Source: an uncultured Nitrososphaerota archaeon
GTDB taxonomy: Archaea > Thermoproteota > Nitrososphaeria > Nitrososphaerales > CADDZS01
NCBI GenBank assembly: GCA_963799845.1
Contig: CAWCYI010000008.1
Span: forward strand, 23,490 to 87,489
Direction: 5' to 3'
Length of the DNA stretch: 64,000 nt
A program made the position numbers and the translations under genes. Of this stretch, positions 47,945-58,894 are shown one piece after another. The stretch's first letter is position 1. Each line of letters opens with the position of its first letter. The notes beneath the pieces were generated by a model. The model had not been told where the DNA came from, did not search any database, and was given only the letters and a program-made list of their open reading frames with translations.

Positions 47945-48112
47945 ATGTCGAAGGAAATCGAAGAAGGAAACAGGGACAAGGCAAAGGGGAAGATACGAGA
48001 GGAAGTAGGAAAGATCACCGACGACAAGGGTGAACAAGCTCATGGAAAGCTCGAGCAAGCCATGGGCGAGGTGAAGAAAAAGATAGGAGAGACAAAGGAG
48101 AAAATGGAGTAA
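47945..48112 (+). CDS. csbD: CsbD family general stress protein
   Basis: DKAKGKIREEVGKITDD...GKLEQAMGEVKK. Confidence 0.85.
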   Translation: MSKEIEEGNRDKAKGKIREEVGKITDDKGEQAHGKLEQAMGEVKKKIGETKEKME

Positions 48113-48185
48113 TCCAATTTTAGTTTTTAGTTATTGTGCTAGACGTCCCTGCCCTAAAATAAAGAAGGAGAAAGATGTAATGTAG

Positions 48186-48216
48186 GGGCAGAGATTTCTC
48201 GTACAGTAATCTGCCC
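48186..48216. terminator. Hairpin between convergent genes
   Basis: GGGCAGA...TCTGCCC. Confidence 0.35.
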
Positions 48217-48360
48217 TGCAATAGCCTCGCACAAGTTCCTGAGAGAGTTTTGATGACTTAGTGAGTTCTTCTCCATTGCGGGATGTTTCAAATCAGTTTC
48301 AGATCGCTGGAAGTGTTTTGGGTGAATCGTGACTCATAATGGCACATATTATTACCACGT

Positions 48361-48648
48361 CTAATCGCCTGACATTGCGACCAGACTTATCAGAGCGACG
48401 ACAAGAAATGCGATTCCTGCGTAGAAGAAACTGCCTGACAAGAACCACACGAGAACCGCGACAATAATCGCCGGTAATAGAGCTATGGCTGCAGCAACAA
48501 CTAATACGATGATTAGTACACCTATTATGAGCAAGATTGCTCCGCCAAAGAGGTCGGCTATACCCGTAAGGAATGCTGGTATCAAGGCAAGAGATGTGTT
48601 TGGTAGCGCATGAATTATACTGAACAGGAAAACATCTAAAATTATCAT
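48361..48648 (-). CDS. Small multi-TM protein
   Basis: Almost entirely hydrophobic; LLPAIIVA. Confidence 0.6.
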   Translation of the reverse strand: MIILDVFLFSIIHALPNTSLALIPAFLTGIADLFGGAILLIIGVLIIVLVVAAAIALLPAIIVAVLVWFLSGSFFYAGIAFLVVALISLVAMSGD

Positions 48649-48759
48649 GGTAACAGAACTTCACTCCCGATGTCTGTTAGATTCAATCCTGAGATTATTA
48701 AACCCAATACACGATTTTCAGAGGTGAAAATTTCCGTGGGGAGCTGGACATCAATTTCG

Positions 48760-49026
48760 TCAGGATATCCTCCAATCGTTTCGTTCTCTCAGCTCGACGT
48801 TAGTTGGCGAGGGAATCGGACTCACAGCGATCCGCTTTATTGCAATTCCAGTTGCTTCAAGATTTCTTATCCTCCTGTAGCAAGTACTAATTGGGATATG
48901 TTCTTCGCGACAGATTTCATCAACGGACAACGACCTTGAAGTAATCGAAACCAGAATCCTCCTTGGGTATTCATCAGAAAGAGCCTCTAGAACATCATGC
49001 GATTTTGCAATGTCTGTAACTAGCAC
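48760..49026 (-). pseudogene. ArsR-like HTH regulator, probably degraded at the 3' end
   Basis: LEALSDEYPRRIL...IPISTCYRRIRNL. Confidence 0.65.
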
Positions 49027-49221
49027 TTCGGGTAGTCACATGTGAGTAACAAAATCCAAGCTATAACAGTTAACGCCTCAACATTGCATTAATTTATGGC
49101 CAAGAAACCCGAAAAACGGATCTTCTTTTCCAAAAGTAGACCTGTGATCAAACCTTATCGTTGACCTTCCAGTCAGGATTCACTATGCCAGACTGCGCAA
49201 CGCCAATGCCGATGAATCTAG

Positions 49222-49500
49222 TCAGTGTTCTTCTTCCTTGATCTCTACCCATCGATGTCCGCAGTGTTTGCATTTGTAGGCATACTGGAACTTTTCAATT
49301 TCGATAAAGATTGGTTCTGTTTCTCCGACCTCCAAGATTGATCCCATGTATCCGCTGCTGATATGCGTGGATATCGGTAAGTTATCTCTAATTCTTTGAG
49401 ACTCTATTAGTTTCTTGCCTACAAGTCTAATTTCAAATCTTTTTCCGCAACTGGGACAATGGCGAGTCGCCCAGAAACGAGTCGTTGCTGCGGGCCTTTT
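49222..49500 (-). CDS. Zinc-ribbon protein, 5' end unclear
   Basis: HCPSCGKRF...YKCKHCGHRW; ORF-track start lies inside the tRNA. Confidence 0.5.
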   Translation of the reverse strand, partial: KRPAATTRFWATRHCPSCGKRFEIRLVGKKLIESQRIRDNLPISTHISSGYMGSILEVGETEPIFIEIEKFQYAYKCKHCGHRWVEIKEEEH

Positions 49501-49519
49501 TATGTGTAAGAGTCGTAGG

Positions 49520-49660
49520 CGGGCCTGGTGGGATTTGAACCCACGACCCCCAGCTCTCCACTTGTGCATCCAAAAAGTTTGAGATTTCGTATATTCTCGA
49601 AACGAACTGCTTGGTAGAAACCGCAGGCTGATGCCCTAATCCATGCTAGGCTACAGGCCC
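49520..49660 (-). tRNA. tRNA-Arg(GCG) with 65-nt intron at 37/38 (49556-49620)
   Basis: GGGCCTG/CAGGCCC acceptor; TCAGC-CTGCGG|A-GCTGG anticodon arm; GGTTCAAATCC T-arm; CTGC/GTGG central helix of a relaxed BHB. Confidence 0.92.
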
Positions 49661-49803
49661 TTCTGAGTTAGATGTTCGAACGTCCGATATTAAGTATTTC
49701 ACAGACCACATCACACCTTCTAGCCAAAATGAACATCGGGAAGACGTCGAAAAGGTTATGCCCCTCGAAATGAATCATAACGATCGAAGTAGTACTGGAC
49801 GAA

Positions 49804-50496
49804 ATGGATATTCGAGGATTCGTTTTTGACGTTGACGGAACCATATGTGATTTTGATGGTCTGTTAAATCTGGAAGCCGCTCACTCCATCAGGTGGCTTA
49901 GAAACCTGGGCTATCCCGTTATTCTTTCCTCTGGCAGAGGTCCGTGGGACACATATTATCTGGGTGTGTATCTTGGTTGTTCTCCTATAGCAGTATGCGA
50001 AAACGGTGGAATTCTAATGACCTCGCCTTCGGACTTGAAAATCTATGGAGACAAGATGAAGAGTTTGGAGGCGTATGAAACGCTTGCGAGAAGCATCCCA
50101 GACATCAGGGTAAAGCCCGTGAGCGCCAGATTGACGGAAGTCGTTCTCTTGCGGACGTTCGACGTGTCCAACGGGCAAAAGATTCTCGACGAGCACCAGA
50201 TTCCTGTCACAATAAATGACAGCAAATTCGCGCTACATCTCACAAAAACTGGGATTAACAAGGGGAAAACCCTTGTCCAGGGGTTGAAGACAATCGGACT
50301 AGATCCAAAGCAAGTGGCCGTTGTCGGAGACAGCGATACCGACCTGCCAATGTTCGAATCATGCGGTTACAGCGCTGCGGTTGGTAACGCTCCAGACAAC
50401 GTAAAATCGAAAGCAAATTATGCGTGCCGACAAGAAATTGGAGACGGGGCTGTCGAAGCGGTTTCATACATTGTGAAGAACGTAATAGCACACTAG
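49804..50496 (+). CDS. HAD phosphoglycolate phosphatase (TA0175-type)
   Basis: DVDGT, SSG, ENGG, NKG, GDSDTD, VGNA. Confidence 0.88.
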   Translation: MDIRGFVFDVDGTICDFDGLLNLEAAHSIRWLRNLGYPVILSSGRGPWDTYYLGVYLGCSPIAVCENGGILMTSPSDLKIYGDKMKSLEAYETLARSIPDIRVKPVSARLTEVVLLRTFDVSNGQKILDEHQIPVTINDSKFALHLTKTGINKGKTLVQGLKTIGLDPKQVAVVGDSDTDLPMFESCGYSAAVGNAPDNVKSKANYACRQEIGDGAVEAVSYIVKNVIAH

Positions 50497-50524
50497 AAAA
50501 TATCCAAAAACCGAGAAAGAAATT

Positions 50525-52482
50525 ATGACATTTAGAGCATTTGTCGACGAAGCGAGCTCGCTGATTGGAAAGGCCTGCCAAACCATCGGATACACGGCGC
50601 CCTCCAAGTTGGACTGGGATATTCCTCCATCCAAGGAACTTGGAGACGTATCTTTTCGCGTCGGTTACCAACTGTCAAAGACTGTAGGAAAGAAACCGGC
50701 TGACATTGCAAAAGAAATCGCAGAAGTGATCGAAACGACACTGAGACAATCGAAGGATCTGGTTTCCGACGTTCAAGGTCATCCCTCTGGGTTTCTAAAT
50801 TTCCGGTTCAATGCCCCCAGACTGTTCACTTCGACTCTCATGGAGGCTTCCGAGACAGGTTATGGAATGATAGACCTGGGCAATGGACAAAGCGTGCTTG
50901 TCGAACACACTTCGGTAAATCCGAATAAAGCCCTTCATGTTGGGCACTTGCGAAACCTCGCCCTCGGCGATTCAATTTCGAGAATTCTTCATTTCACAAA
51001 TCACGAAGTAAAGATCCTGAATTACATCGATGATTCAGGTCTGCAGGTGGCCGACGTGATCGTGGGAATCATGTTTCTGGGGCATTCGCTCGAAGCACCT
51101 GCAAACAAGAAGTATGATCACTACGCGGGAGACGATGTTTACGTTGATGTTAATCGCAGGTACGAATCTGATCCAGCTCTGAAGGGAAAACAGAAACTGA
51201 TCCTGAAGGGAATTGAGGAGCACGACTCGGAAATATTCTCCCTAGCCGCAAAGATCACCGATCGGATAGTGAAGGAGCAACTCCGTACGTGCTGGAGGTT
51301 TAACGCCACATATGATCTGCTTGTCTATGAATCCGATATCATCGCTTCGAAGTTATGGGAAGATACGTTCGAAGAGATGAAGGCCAAAGGCATTGCGAAG
51401 ATGGAGACCGAAGGCGAGCTCGCGGGTTGCTGGATCGTTTCGATAAAAGGCGAAAAGGAGGGCGAGGACAAAGTTCTGGTCAGGAGCGACGGTACTGCCA
51501 CTTACGTTGCCAAGGATATTCCCTTTGCTGCTCTAAAGACCGGTATCGTGCCTGACAAGTTCACGTATGAAAAGTACATCGATGAACCGAATGGCAAAAT
51601 TCTTTGGAGGACAAGTACCAAAAACAATGCAGATAAAATCTCTCCCGTTACCTGGGGTGCCGACAAAAGCATCACTGCGATCGGCTCGGAGCAGGCTCGA
51701 TTGCAGAGAGTAATAGCGAAGATTCTCAGCGAGCTGGCCGGCAGCGATTTTTCTAGGAAATACATTCACCTCGGCTATTCTCTGGTCTCGCTCACGCCCG
51801 AAACGGTCGCAGTTTTGCTTGGCAGGTCCGACGGAGCTGATTCGTCTGCCCATGAAGAAGCAGATCATGCATCTGGCTCTGTTCGCATGTCCGGAAGAAA
51901 GGGATTGTACATCAACGCAGATGACGTATTGGAAACTGTAAAGAAAACCGCTCTAAAAGAGACCAGAAAAAGAAATCCCGAAAATGAGGATTTGGCCTGG
52001 TTTGATAATGTTTCAGAGAAACTCGCACTTTCTGCAATCAGGTTCGCGCTCCTTAAACAAGACTTGGACAAAACCATCACCTTTGATCTTGAGGAATCTC
52101 TGAAGTTGGTGGGGGAAACCGGACCCTACATGCTTTACTCTTATGCTAGAGCTACGAGCATTCTTTCGAAAGTCGGAGACCCGGATAAAGGCGGAATGGG
52201 GGGGAGCTTCTCGATTCCGAAACAGAAATCAATCTCCTGACAATGCTATCGAAATACGATCTCTCAATAGAAAAGGCGGTAAGGATGCTCGCCCCGAAGT
52301 GGATCGCCCATTACTCGTTTGAACTCTGCGAATCATTCAACAAGTTTTACGAGAAAAATCGGGTCATCCAGGTGGATGATTGGGAACTTCGTCACGCGCG
52401 AATTTCTCTGGTCCGCGCATTTTCAAACGTCTTGAAGAGTTCTCTAGATTTGCTTGGGATCGAAGTGCTCCCGAAGATCTGA
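50525..52482 (+). CDS. argS: Arginyl-tRNA synthetase, frameshift near the G7 run at 52198-52204
   Basis: EHTSVNPNKALHVGHLRN, RSDGTATY, MSGRKG, GETGPY..Y...RA; anticodon domain continues in 52243-52482. Confidence 0.93.
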
Positions 52483-52486
52483 TTCA

Positions 52487-53647
52487 CTATCTCTGAAGGA
52501 TCGGCATCGCGCTCTCGATCGCCTTTCCGGGCCTCACGATCGAACTTCCGCTCAGAGTAAGCTCGAGGGCCGCCAGGAGGGAAAGGACGTGAGTCGCAGA
52601 AATATTTCCAAAGTGGCCCACCCGAAGCATCGTATCTTTGTAGTCGCCAAAGCCGCGAGCTACGTGCAAGCCGTACTTCGAACGGAGAGTGTCCTGTAAT
52701 TCTCCGGCTCTTCCTTCAGGAACGTAGAACGCGGTTACCGTCGGGGCACGGCTTTCGGAATTTGGCAAAGGTTTCAGATTCAGCGCTTCGAGGCCGGCAC
52801 GGAAGGCTTCGGAAAGCACTTCGTGTCTCCTCCATCTGTTTTCGATCCCCTCTTCTTTTACCTGAAGGAGAGCTTCTCTCAATCCCAGCATAACCTGAAC
52901 CGCCGGGGTAGTGAGATAGATCTTTGGGTCGTCCATTATTGGCTTCCACCGAACGAGGTTCATGTAATACGAGGCAATGGGCGTCTTCCTCTTCTCCATC
53001 GTTTCATAAACTCTCTTTGATACAGCGATCAATGTCGCGCCCGGCGGAGCTGCGAGCGCCTTTTGGGAGCCTGTCAGTACGATGTCGATGCCCAGGGAGT
53101 CAAAGTCCAGATGCGCACCCCCGATTCCGCAAACCGAGTCGCAGACCGACAAAACTCCGCAACCATCCGCAATCTTTGCTAGTTTCGAAATGTCATTCAT
53201 GACCGAGGTTGAAGTGTCAACGTGGGTGAATAAAATCGCCTTGAAGTTTCCAGTCTTGAGCTTCGATTCCACAGCTTCATAATCGATGTGACTTCCCAGA
53301 GGAGCGACCATGGCCTCTGTTTTTGCGCCGTGGATCTCCGCCATCATCGTAAAGCGATGTCCAAAGTACCCTGTTTCGACACAGAGGACTTTGTCGCCCG
53401 GCTCGATTAAAGACAAAATCGAGGTCTCCATTCCGATCGAGCCCGAGCCGGTGAAAACAAATTGAAGACCGGTGGAATTGCGAAAGGTGTATTTCGAAAG
53501 TTCGAGCAACTCCTTGAAGGCCATGTAGAATTCGGGAGCGACGTGACTCTGCTGAGGTTTCGCCATCGCACCGCGAACTCTGGAGTGAATTGTGGTCGGT
53601 CCTGGAATGAGCAATAGCTCGTCTTCGTCGATCATAACAAAATACAC
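52487..53647 (-). CDS. Class V PLP aminotransferase (alanine-glyoxylate / serine-pyruvate)
   Basis: LLIPGPT, HVDTST, DSV, TGSQKALAAPPG, RVGHFG. Confidence 0.92.
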   Translation of the reverse strand: MYFVMIDEDELLLIPGPTTIHSRVRGAMAKPQQSHVAPEFYMAFKELLELSKYTFRNSTGLQFVFTGSGSIGMETSILSLIEPGDKVLCVETGYFGHRFTMMAEIHGAKTEAMVAPLGSHIDYEAVESKLKTGNFKAILFTHVDTSTSVMNDISKLAKIADGCGVLSVCDSVCGIGGAHLDFDSLGIDIVLTGSQKALAAPPGATLIAVSKRVYETMEKRKTPIASYYMNLVRWKPIMDDPKIYLTTPAVQVMLGLREALLQVKEEGIENRWRRHEVLSEAFRAGLEALNLKPLPNSESRAPTVTAFYVPEGRAGELQDTLRSKYGLHVARGFGDYKDTMLRVGHFGNISATHVLSLLAALELTLSGSSIVRPGKAIESAMPILQR

Positions 53648-54096
53648 TCAAAATGAAGTAGCAAATTATGTGAATTAAGACTATCTATTTTTAGTTCGAA
53701 AATCAGCCCAATATTCAGCACATTTCGGGAGATGAAATTCATAGTACCTGACATTGTGATCCTTGATCTGGGATTCCGACAAAAGAATACATAAAATATT
53801 TTCCAGGAAATGATGTCTTACGATTCTTGTCAATAATCCAGCCCTGAGCAATTTTAGTTGAAATGACCTTTTCCAATATGCTTCACATTATGTAAGATTT
53901 AGGGCATCAGATATTCGATCCAAACAGGTATTCTCATCAATATACCTAGATTGGTAGCAATTTGATTATAGGGCCAGAATTTAGCGGGGCGAGTTCCGTC
54001 AGAGCCGGTTACATCAGGCCAGATAATTTCTCAATAGATTAGTTATAATTGCCAAATTTCGACGAGAATACCGAATGAGATTCCCTCAGGAAAGCG

Positions 54097-54725
54097 ATGA
54101 TAGCTTTCAATCTTGATATAGCGCCTTTGATTCCAAGACCATGCGTTGCTGGACGGAGAACAGTTTTCTCCAACAAAAAGGTGGCTTCCGAATATTTGGT
54201 AAGAAAACGCGAAAAGTTCCGGCAAAAAACTGAGAATCGACGACTCAGGGTGTCAACGATTCTGGTAATCATAGCCGTCGTCATAGGCTGCTTTGCCCTC
54301 GTTCTATTTTCGTCGGGAGTTATTCAATCCCAGTTCAAAGACTCGTCGAGCGGAAACAGTTTATCCGGGACTGCGCTGAATACACTATCGACCGCAATAC
54401 CCACAAACACTCTTTTCGAAGATTACCAGGCATCCGACACTGGCAGCCGTTAATTACACTCAACAGTTTCTTTATGTTCGAGGAAACGTGTCCGCTGTGG
54501 AAAACAAAGGCGGACTGTATCGAAGTTGTTTTGATCCGATCGAGCCTTATTTCTACGGCTGCAGCGTACGCAGACCAAATGACCGGGTGGATCGTCTGGA
54601 CCTGGGAGAACCCATCACAGGCTTCAAGTGTGCCGGTCGATACACCGTTCATCGCAGAATGCTATGTCGTTGGCATGAGCGTTGGGAACTTGTACCTCGA
54701 TACTTGCGTGATCGCTCAATATTGA
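54097..54725 (+). CDS. Membrane-anchored hypothetical protein split by a frameshift near 54450
   Basis: RRLRVSTILVIIAVV TM, then a second-frame continuation; start uncertain. Confidence 0.45.
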
Positions 54726-54874
54726 TTGGAGAATCATTACGTATAGAAACTGGCGTTCATTATATTCATTGGAGAATCGATATCATCTTAGCAGAAAAAT
54801 CCTTCTCGAATTTTTTCTACAATTCTTGATCAAGGAAAAGTAATATTACATCAAGAAAGCGACGCATCAAACGC

Positions 54875-54950
54875 AGCCCCATAGTATAGCCTGGTCAAGT
54901 ATGCGGGCCTCTTGGAGCCTGAGACTGCAGTTCGAATCTGCATGGGGCTA
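54875..54950 (+). tRNA. tRNA-Gln with an 8-nt anticodon loop as sequenced (UUG or CUG)
   Basis: AGCCCCA/TGGGGCT acceptor typical of archaeal Gln; CGGGC-CTCTTGGA-GCCTG; TGCAG-TTCGAAT-CTGCA. Confidence 0.85.
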
Positions 54951-55121
54951 TTTCATTAACCAAAATGAGTGGCAGGTGCTTTTCGATGCAAATAGGGTGG
55001 CTAGCAGGATTTCCAGCGATGCTGCTGAGCTAGTTCCCAGAGTGTTCGCAAGGGCTGGTGCGATGAGCTACCTAGTCCGGTATCAGGATCCCAACCTTTT
55101 CCCGCGTGCCACGGGTTGTTC

Positions 55122-56318
55122 TTATCGGTGAGTATGTCGTGGAAGTCCTTCGGTGTACAGAGGCGATGTGCCATCAATCCCGTAGACCTTGCTGTAAAGA
55201 AATTGGTTGATAAACCCGGCAGGTTGCAGTCTGTGGGCTGCCCTAATCTGATTCACGTCCGCGATAAATCCGGCCCAGAGAGGGCTGGATAGGCTCGTTC
55301 CTCCAATGACCTGCCAGCCTCCGTTGCCGTGATTGTAGATCCAAACCCCTGTATTTGGATCGGCAACAGCCGAGACATCCGGTTTGGCTAACGCGTTGTA
55401 TGGGTCAACTATCTTCGCTGCAGACTGGTATTTTGGTTCAGCATTCGTGGTATAGCCTCCGCCCGTAAATCCGTTCCACGCGGTCTCGCCGATGTAATTT
55501 CCAGAGGAATCGATTGTCAGAGTGGTTCCTCCGACCGTCAGAACGCCCTGACAATCATCGGGAATCGTTTCTTCCTGTGTCGTTCCCTGGCCGGTACTCT
55601 CGCTGTCCCCTGAGGAAGCAAGGACGGTAACGTGATCTTTCTGCGCCTGACTAAGAATATTCGCGACGTTTACGCTTTCAGTTCCCTGGGTTGATGCGCA
55701 CGAACCTATCCCCTGACCAATTGTGTCATTACAATATCCGTTGTAACAGCCCGCGCCTCCGTAGCTGTTTGAAATCTGGTTGCCAAGGTGGTTACTCAGG
55801 GCATAGGTCCAAGCCCCGTACATGTCCTGCGGATTTGGAATGGAAGCGACCAGAACGGTGATTGCAGCTCCCGGGGCGGTGACATGCGCCCACTCAACAT
55901 CAAGAGAGGTTTCGAGAGACCATCCTGCATCAGTGCAAGGAGCCCCACCAAAATCGATAACGTTCAGCTTTGGAGAACTCAGATCAAATTTTGAATCAAA
56001 AACTTTCAGATCAGTGGAAATCGATGGATCACCGCAAGCATCATCAATGACAACTGTTTGACCCGATCCGTTCATGTCTTTGGATTGAAGTGTCGAAAAA
56101 CCGTACGCCTTGTCGAGCATAGCGGGACAAATCGAAGTAGGCGAGCAGGTCGGACTCAAGTTGGCACTCGTGATCGTTGCAGGAGTGGGACGAATTGCAT
56201 ATGATGCAGCGCCACCGGTTGGGGAATACGCAGTTATTACCAGAAAAGGTGATAGAACGAAAAGTAGTATTATTGCCGCAAGAAGCGCGGTATCATACAG
56301 CCGTTTTCTCAACAACAT
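55122..56318 (-). CDS. S53 (sedolisin/kumamolisin) peptidase, C-terminus frameshifted
   Basis: ETSLDVEWAH, SSGDS, PDVSAVADP, GGTSLSSPLWAG; DFHDI...GWDPDTGLGS continues in another frame to ~55065. Confidence 0.9.
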   Translation of the reverse strand: MLLRKRLYDTALLAAIILLFVLSPFLVITAYSPTGGAASYAIRPTPATITSANLSPTCSPTSICPAMLDKAYGFSTLQSKDMNGSGQTVVIDDACGDPSISTDLKVFDSKFDLSSPKLNVIDFGGAPCTDAGWSLETSLDVEWAHVTAPGAAITVLVASIPNPQDMYGAWTYALSNHLGNQISNSYGGAGCYNGYCNDTIGQGIGSCASTQGTESVNVANILSQAQKDHVTVLASSGDSESTGQGTTQEETIPDDCQGVLTVGGTTLTIDSSGNYIGETAWNGFTGGGYTTNAEPKYQSAAKIVDPYNALAKPDVSAVADPNTGVWIYNHGNGGWQVIGGTSLSSPLWAGFIADVNQIRAAHRLQPAGFINQFLYSKVYGIDGTSPLYTEGLPRHTHR

Positions 56319-56346
56319 GGATTGTCTTTCAAGGAGTCTTCTTAAG

Positions 56347-56592
56347 TTATTTCCGAATTTCGAAAAACGTGATCTTAAAGAGAGACTTGGTAACCCGTGG
56401 AAATGAGAAAACGTTTCCGCTTTCAGAGAAAATACGGATGATCAGTCCGCTCATGAAGGGGTTTAACTTCTGGCCCTCGGAGAGATGCTCTATGCAGTAG
56501 TAGGCTTTGCCGATCATTCCGTTTCCAAGGTCGTAAGTGACTATGTGGGGGGCTTCATTGTCACAGTCGATATTTGCACATTTCATCTCCAA
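56347..56592 (-). CDS. Small Cys/His protein
   Basis: CANIDC...YYCIEH. Confidence 0.5.
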   Translation of the reverse strand: MEMKCANIDCDNEAPHIVTYDLGNGMIGKAYYCIEHLSEGQKLNPFMSGLIIRIFSESGNVFSFPRVTKSLFKITFFEIRK

Positions 56593-57090
56593 TCTCTCCG
56601 AATCTCAAAAACAAACGATGTCGTTCGTATTTATCTTTAACGAGCTTGAACTGCGAGGCCAATTTTCTGAACTGGTAGAATTCGACTGTTACTCTTATTT
56701 TGTGACAAGACTGCTACACTCTATGAATGATCTCCCAAAAGAACCTCGTTAGAGAAAGTGTTCCGCATTCGTCTTGCAGATCCATAACCAATATCTTCCA
56801 ATGTGAAACTCTAACATTCCCAAGAGCTTGGCATACCTTTCGTACGATATCGAATTTGACCAGTTAGAGGATCTCTTCGATCTCGTGAAGCCCATCGAGT
56901 ATCTGCCTGAGATTCGTGTCTGCCCTGGGAACGCAAGTTAAGGCATGGAATTTCAGCAAGCAGTACGATCCTTCGAGGGGCGAAATCCATCCGCATCTAT
57001 CGATTAGACTGAAGGATACTAGACGAACCGCAGGCCAAGAAACTGATTGAAAAGACGGCTGCTACTATCGCGAATGAGGGTAAGCTTAGA

Positions 57091-57405
57091 ATGTTTGTCG
57101 GGCCGACGGTGTGGCAGGAAGACGAAGTATCCGTCCGAGCCCAGGAAGCTTCCAGCGAATGCGCGGTAAGGATGGCAAAGTCGCTTAGCAGAAAAGACTC
57201 GGAAATTACTTTAGAGCAAATTAGAAAGATTTCCGACTGGGATATATTTGTAATACAGCTAGTCCTAAGAGTTCTTGATCTTTCTGGATTTCACGTGTAC
57301 GTTAGAAGAGAATATCGGAAACAATTCAAGGTCCCAGAATTTCAGTCTGATAAGCTCGCAAACCGATCTAGCTTCAGTTTGGTGGAAAATAGGCACGATA
57401 TCTGA
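57091..57405 (+). CDS. Hypothetical protein, possibly continuing to 57553 via a frameshift
   Basis: ATG ORF; downstream frame ISDPDGVDEFVHSFLG... Confidence 0.4.
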   Translation: MFVGPTVWQEDEVSVRAQEASSECAVRMAKSLSRKDSEITLEQIRKISDWDIFVIQLVLRVLDLSGFHVYVRREYRKQFKVPEFQSDKLANRSSFSLVENRHDI

Positions 57406-57632
57406 TCCCGATGGAGTGGATGAGTTCGTACATTCTTTTCTCGGCCTGACTGCAACTTCCGTTCCGAAAGTCGAAAAGACTTTTGAGAAATTTGTTCTCA
57501 CTTCGGGCATCTACAAAGCCATTTTCGATCTTCGAAAGCAGACTTCCAGCTGAGACTCGCTTCAAACTTTCTCTAGACTCAGAAGTTGTTCTGAAAAGCA
57601 ATTTAAATAAGGAGAAAAATCGCCCGATTAGT

Positions 57633-57890
57633 ATGAAAGCATTCTCTGCCATTCTTGCGCTCATAGTTTTGGTTCTTTGGGTGGGTTCGTTGGTGTATAT
57701 CACGGCACCCCTGGCTCCGGCTCAAATTAGCAGTATGATACCGACTCCTCCGATGGGCAACATCCCGACTCCGTTTCTCGGTGTCTTGTTGTTCTTGCTC
57801 AGCATAGTAGTTATTGCGTTTTGGGCAGGGCTCGCTCCCGATTCAGCATCCGATGGAGAGAAGGTCCCAGCAACTGCACAGAAACAGTAA
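57633..57890 (+). CDS. Small two-TM protein
   Basis: MKAFSAILALIVLVLW...FLGVLLFLLSIVVIAFW. Confidence 0.55.
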   Translation: MKAFSAILALIVLVLWVGSLVYITAPLAPAQISSMIPTPPMGNIPTPFLGVLLFLLSIVVIAFWAGLAPDSASDGEKVPATAQKQ

Positions 57891-57974
57891 CGCGAGAAAT
57901 ACCTTTTCAAAAATCTAACATCAACGCGTCGAACTTTTTTACCTTGGGCAGCATGATAATGTCGAGTGTCTGAG

Positions 57975-58894
57975 ATGTGTCTAGCTCAAAGGTAGTCGGC
58001 TGAATAATTTTGTTTACCGGCTTGGACCGATAGGGAATCCGGAGGTTCTAAGTCATATCTTCTCGCAGACGATAAAGTGGCTGTAGTAGATTGCGGCCCC
58101 GGTTCCGTAATTCCAGAACTTCTCGCTTTAGTCGAGGAATGCGGTGTTTCAAAATCTGAAATCGATTATTTGCTGCTGACCCACATCCATCTTGATCACG
58201 CCGGGGGTTCAGCGAGCTTTCTGGAAGAGATTTCTTCGGTCCACTTGATCGTCCCAGAGAGAGGATTGAAACACATGCTCGATCCTGCGGTGCTGAACTC
58301 ATCAGCAAGGTCTATTCTGGGGATCGCATTTTCAACAACTGGGGTGCATGCACGCCTGTTCCTGTCGATAAGGTGAGCCCAATAAAGCCAAACGCGAGAA
58401 TTAATTTGGGGCAAGTCGAATTGGAATATGTTCCAGCCCCCGGACACGCGCCGCATCACAACGTGCTGGTTGACGACAGACACTCGATCATTTTCACCGC
58501 GGACGCACTGGGAATCTTCGAGGAAAAATCGGAATCACTAATTCCCACAACGCCTCCGCCCTCGTTCGATCTAGTCCAGGCTCTCAAAGATATTGAAATG
58601 TTGAAGACGCTAAGACCGAATATCGCGTGCATGGCACATTTCAAAGAGATTTTTCCGGATGAAGCATATTTCTCAAAAATCTCTAGAATCTTTAGGGCGT
58701 GGGCTAATAGAGCATCAGAATATGTTGAAGAAAATAAACTATCGGCTTACGAACTAAAAGATTGTCAGCAATTGTTTTCCACTCTGCAGGAGGATTTTCC
58801 CGAATATATTGAGCTGTCAGATGACTTGAAAGATCAGTTCACTAGGGTCGATGCAGCAGGCCTGTTGAATTATTATTTGAAAGCCCGTGCTTAA
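57975..58894 (+). CDS. MBL-fold hydrolase, frameshifted (start approximate)
   Basis: VVDCGP, THIHLDHAGG, PGHAPHH, FTADA, PTTPPP, MAHF. Confidence 0.8.

Noticed and set aside
23300-49520. One integrated element with att sites at tRNA-Arg
   Set aside because: No distant copy of the tRNA 3' end found by eye, no integrase, and core-type genes (drg, mce) lie inside
53740-53840. PDIVILDLG receiver-domain-like fragment
   Set aside because: Only about ten residues, followed by stops
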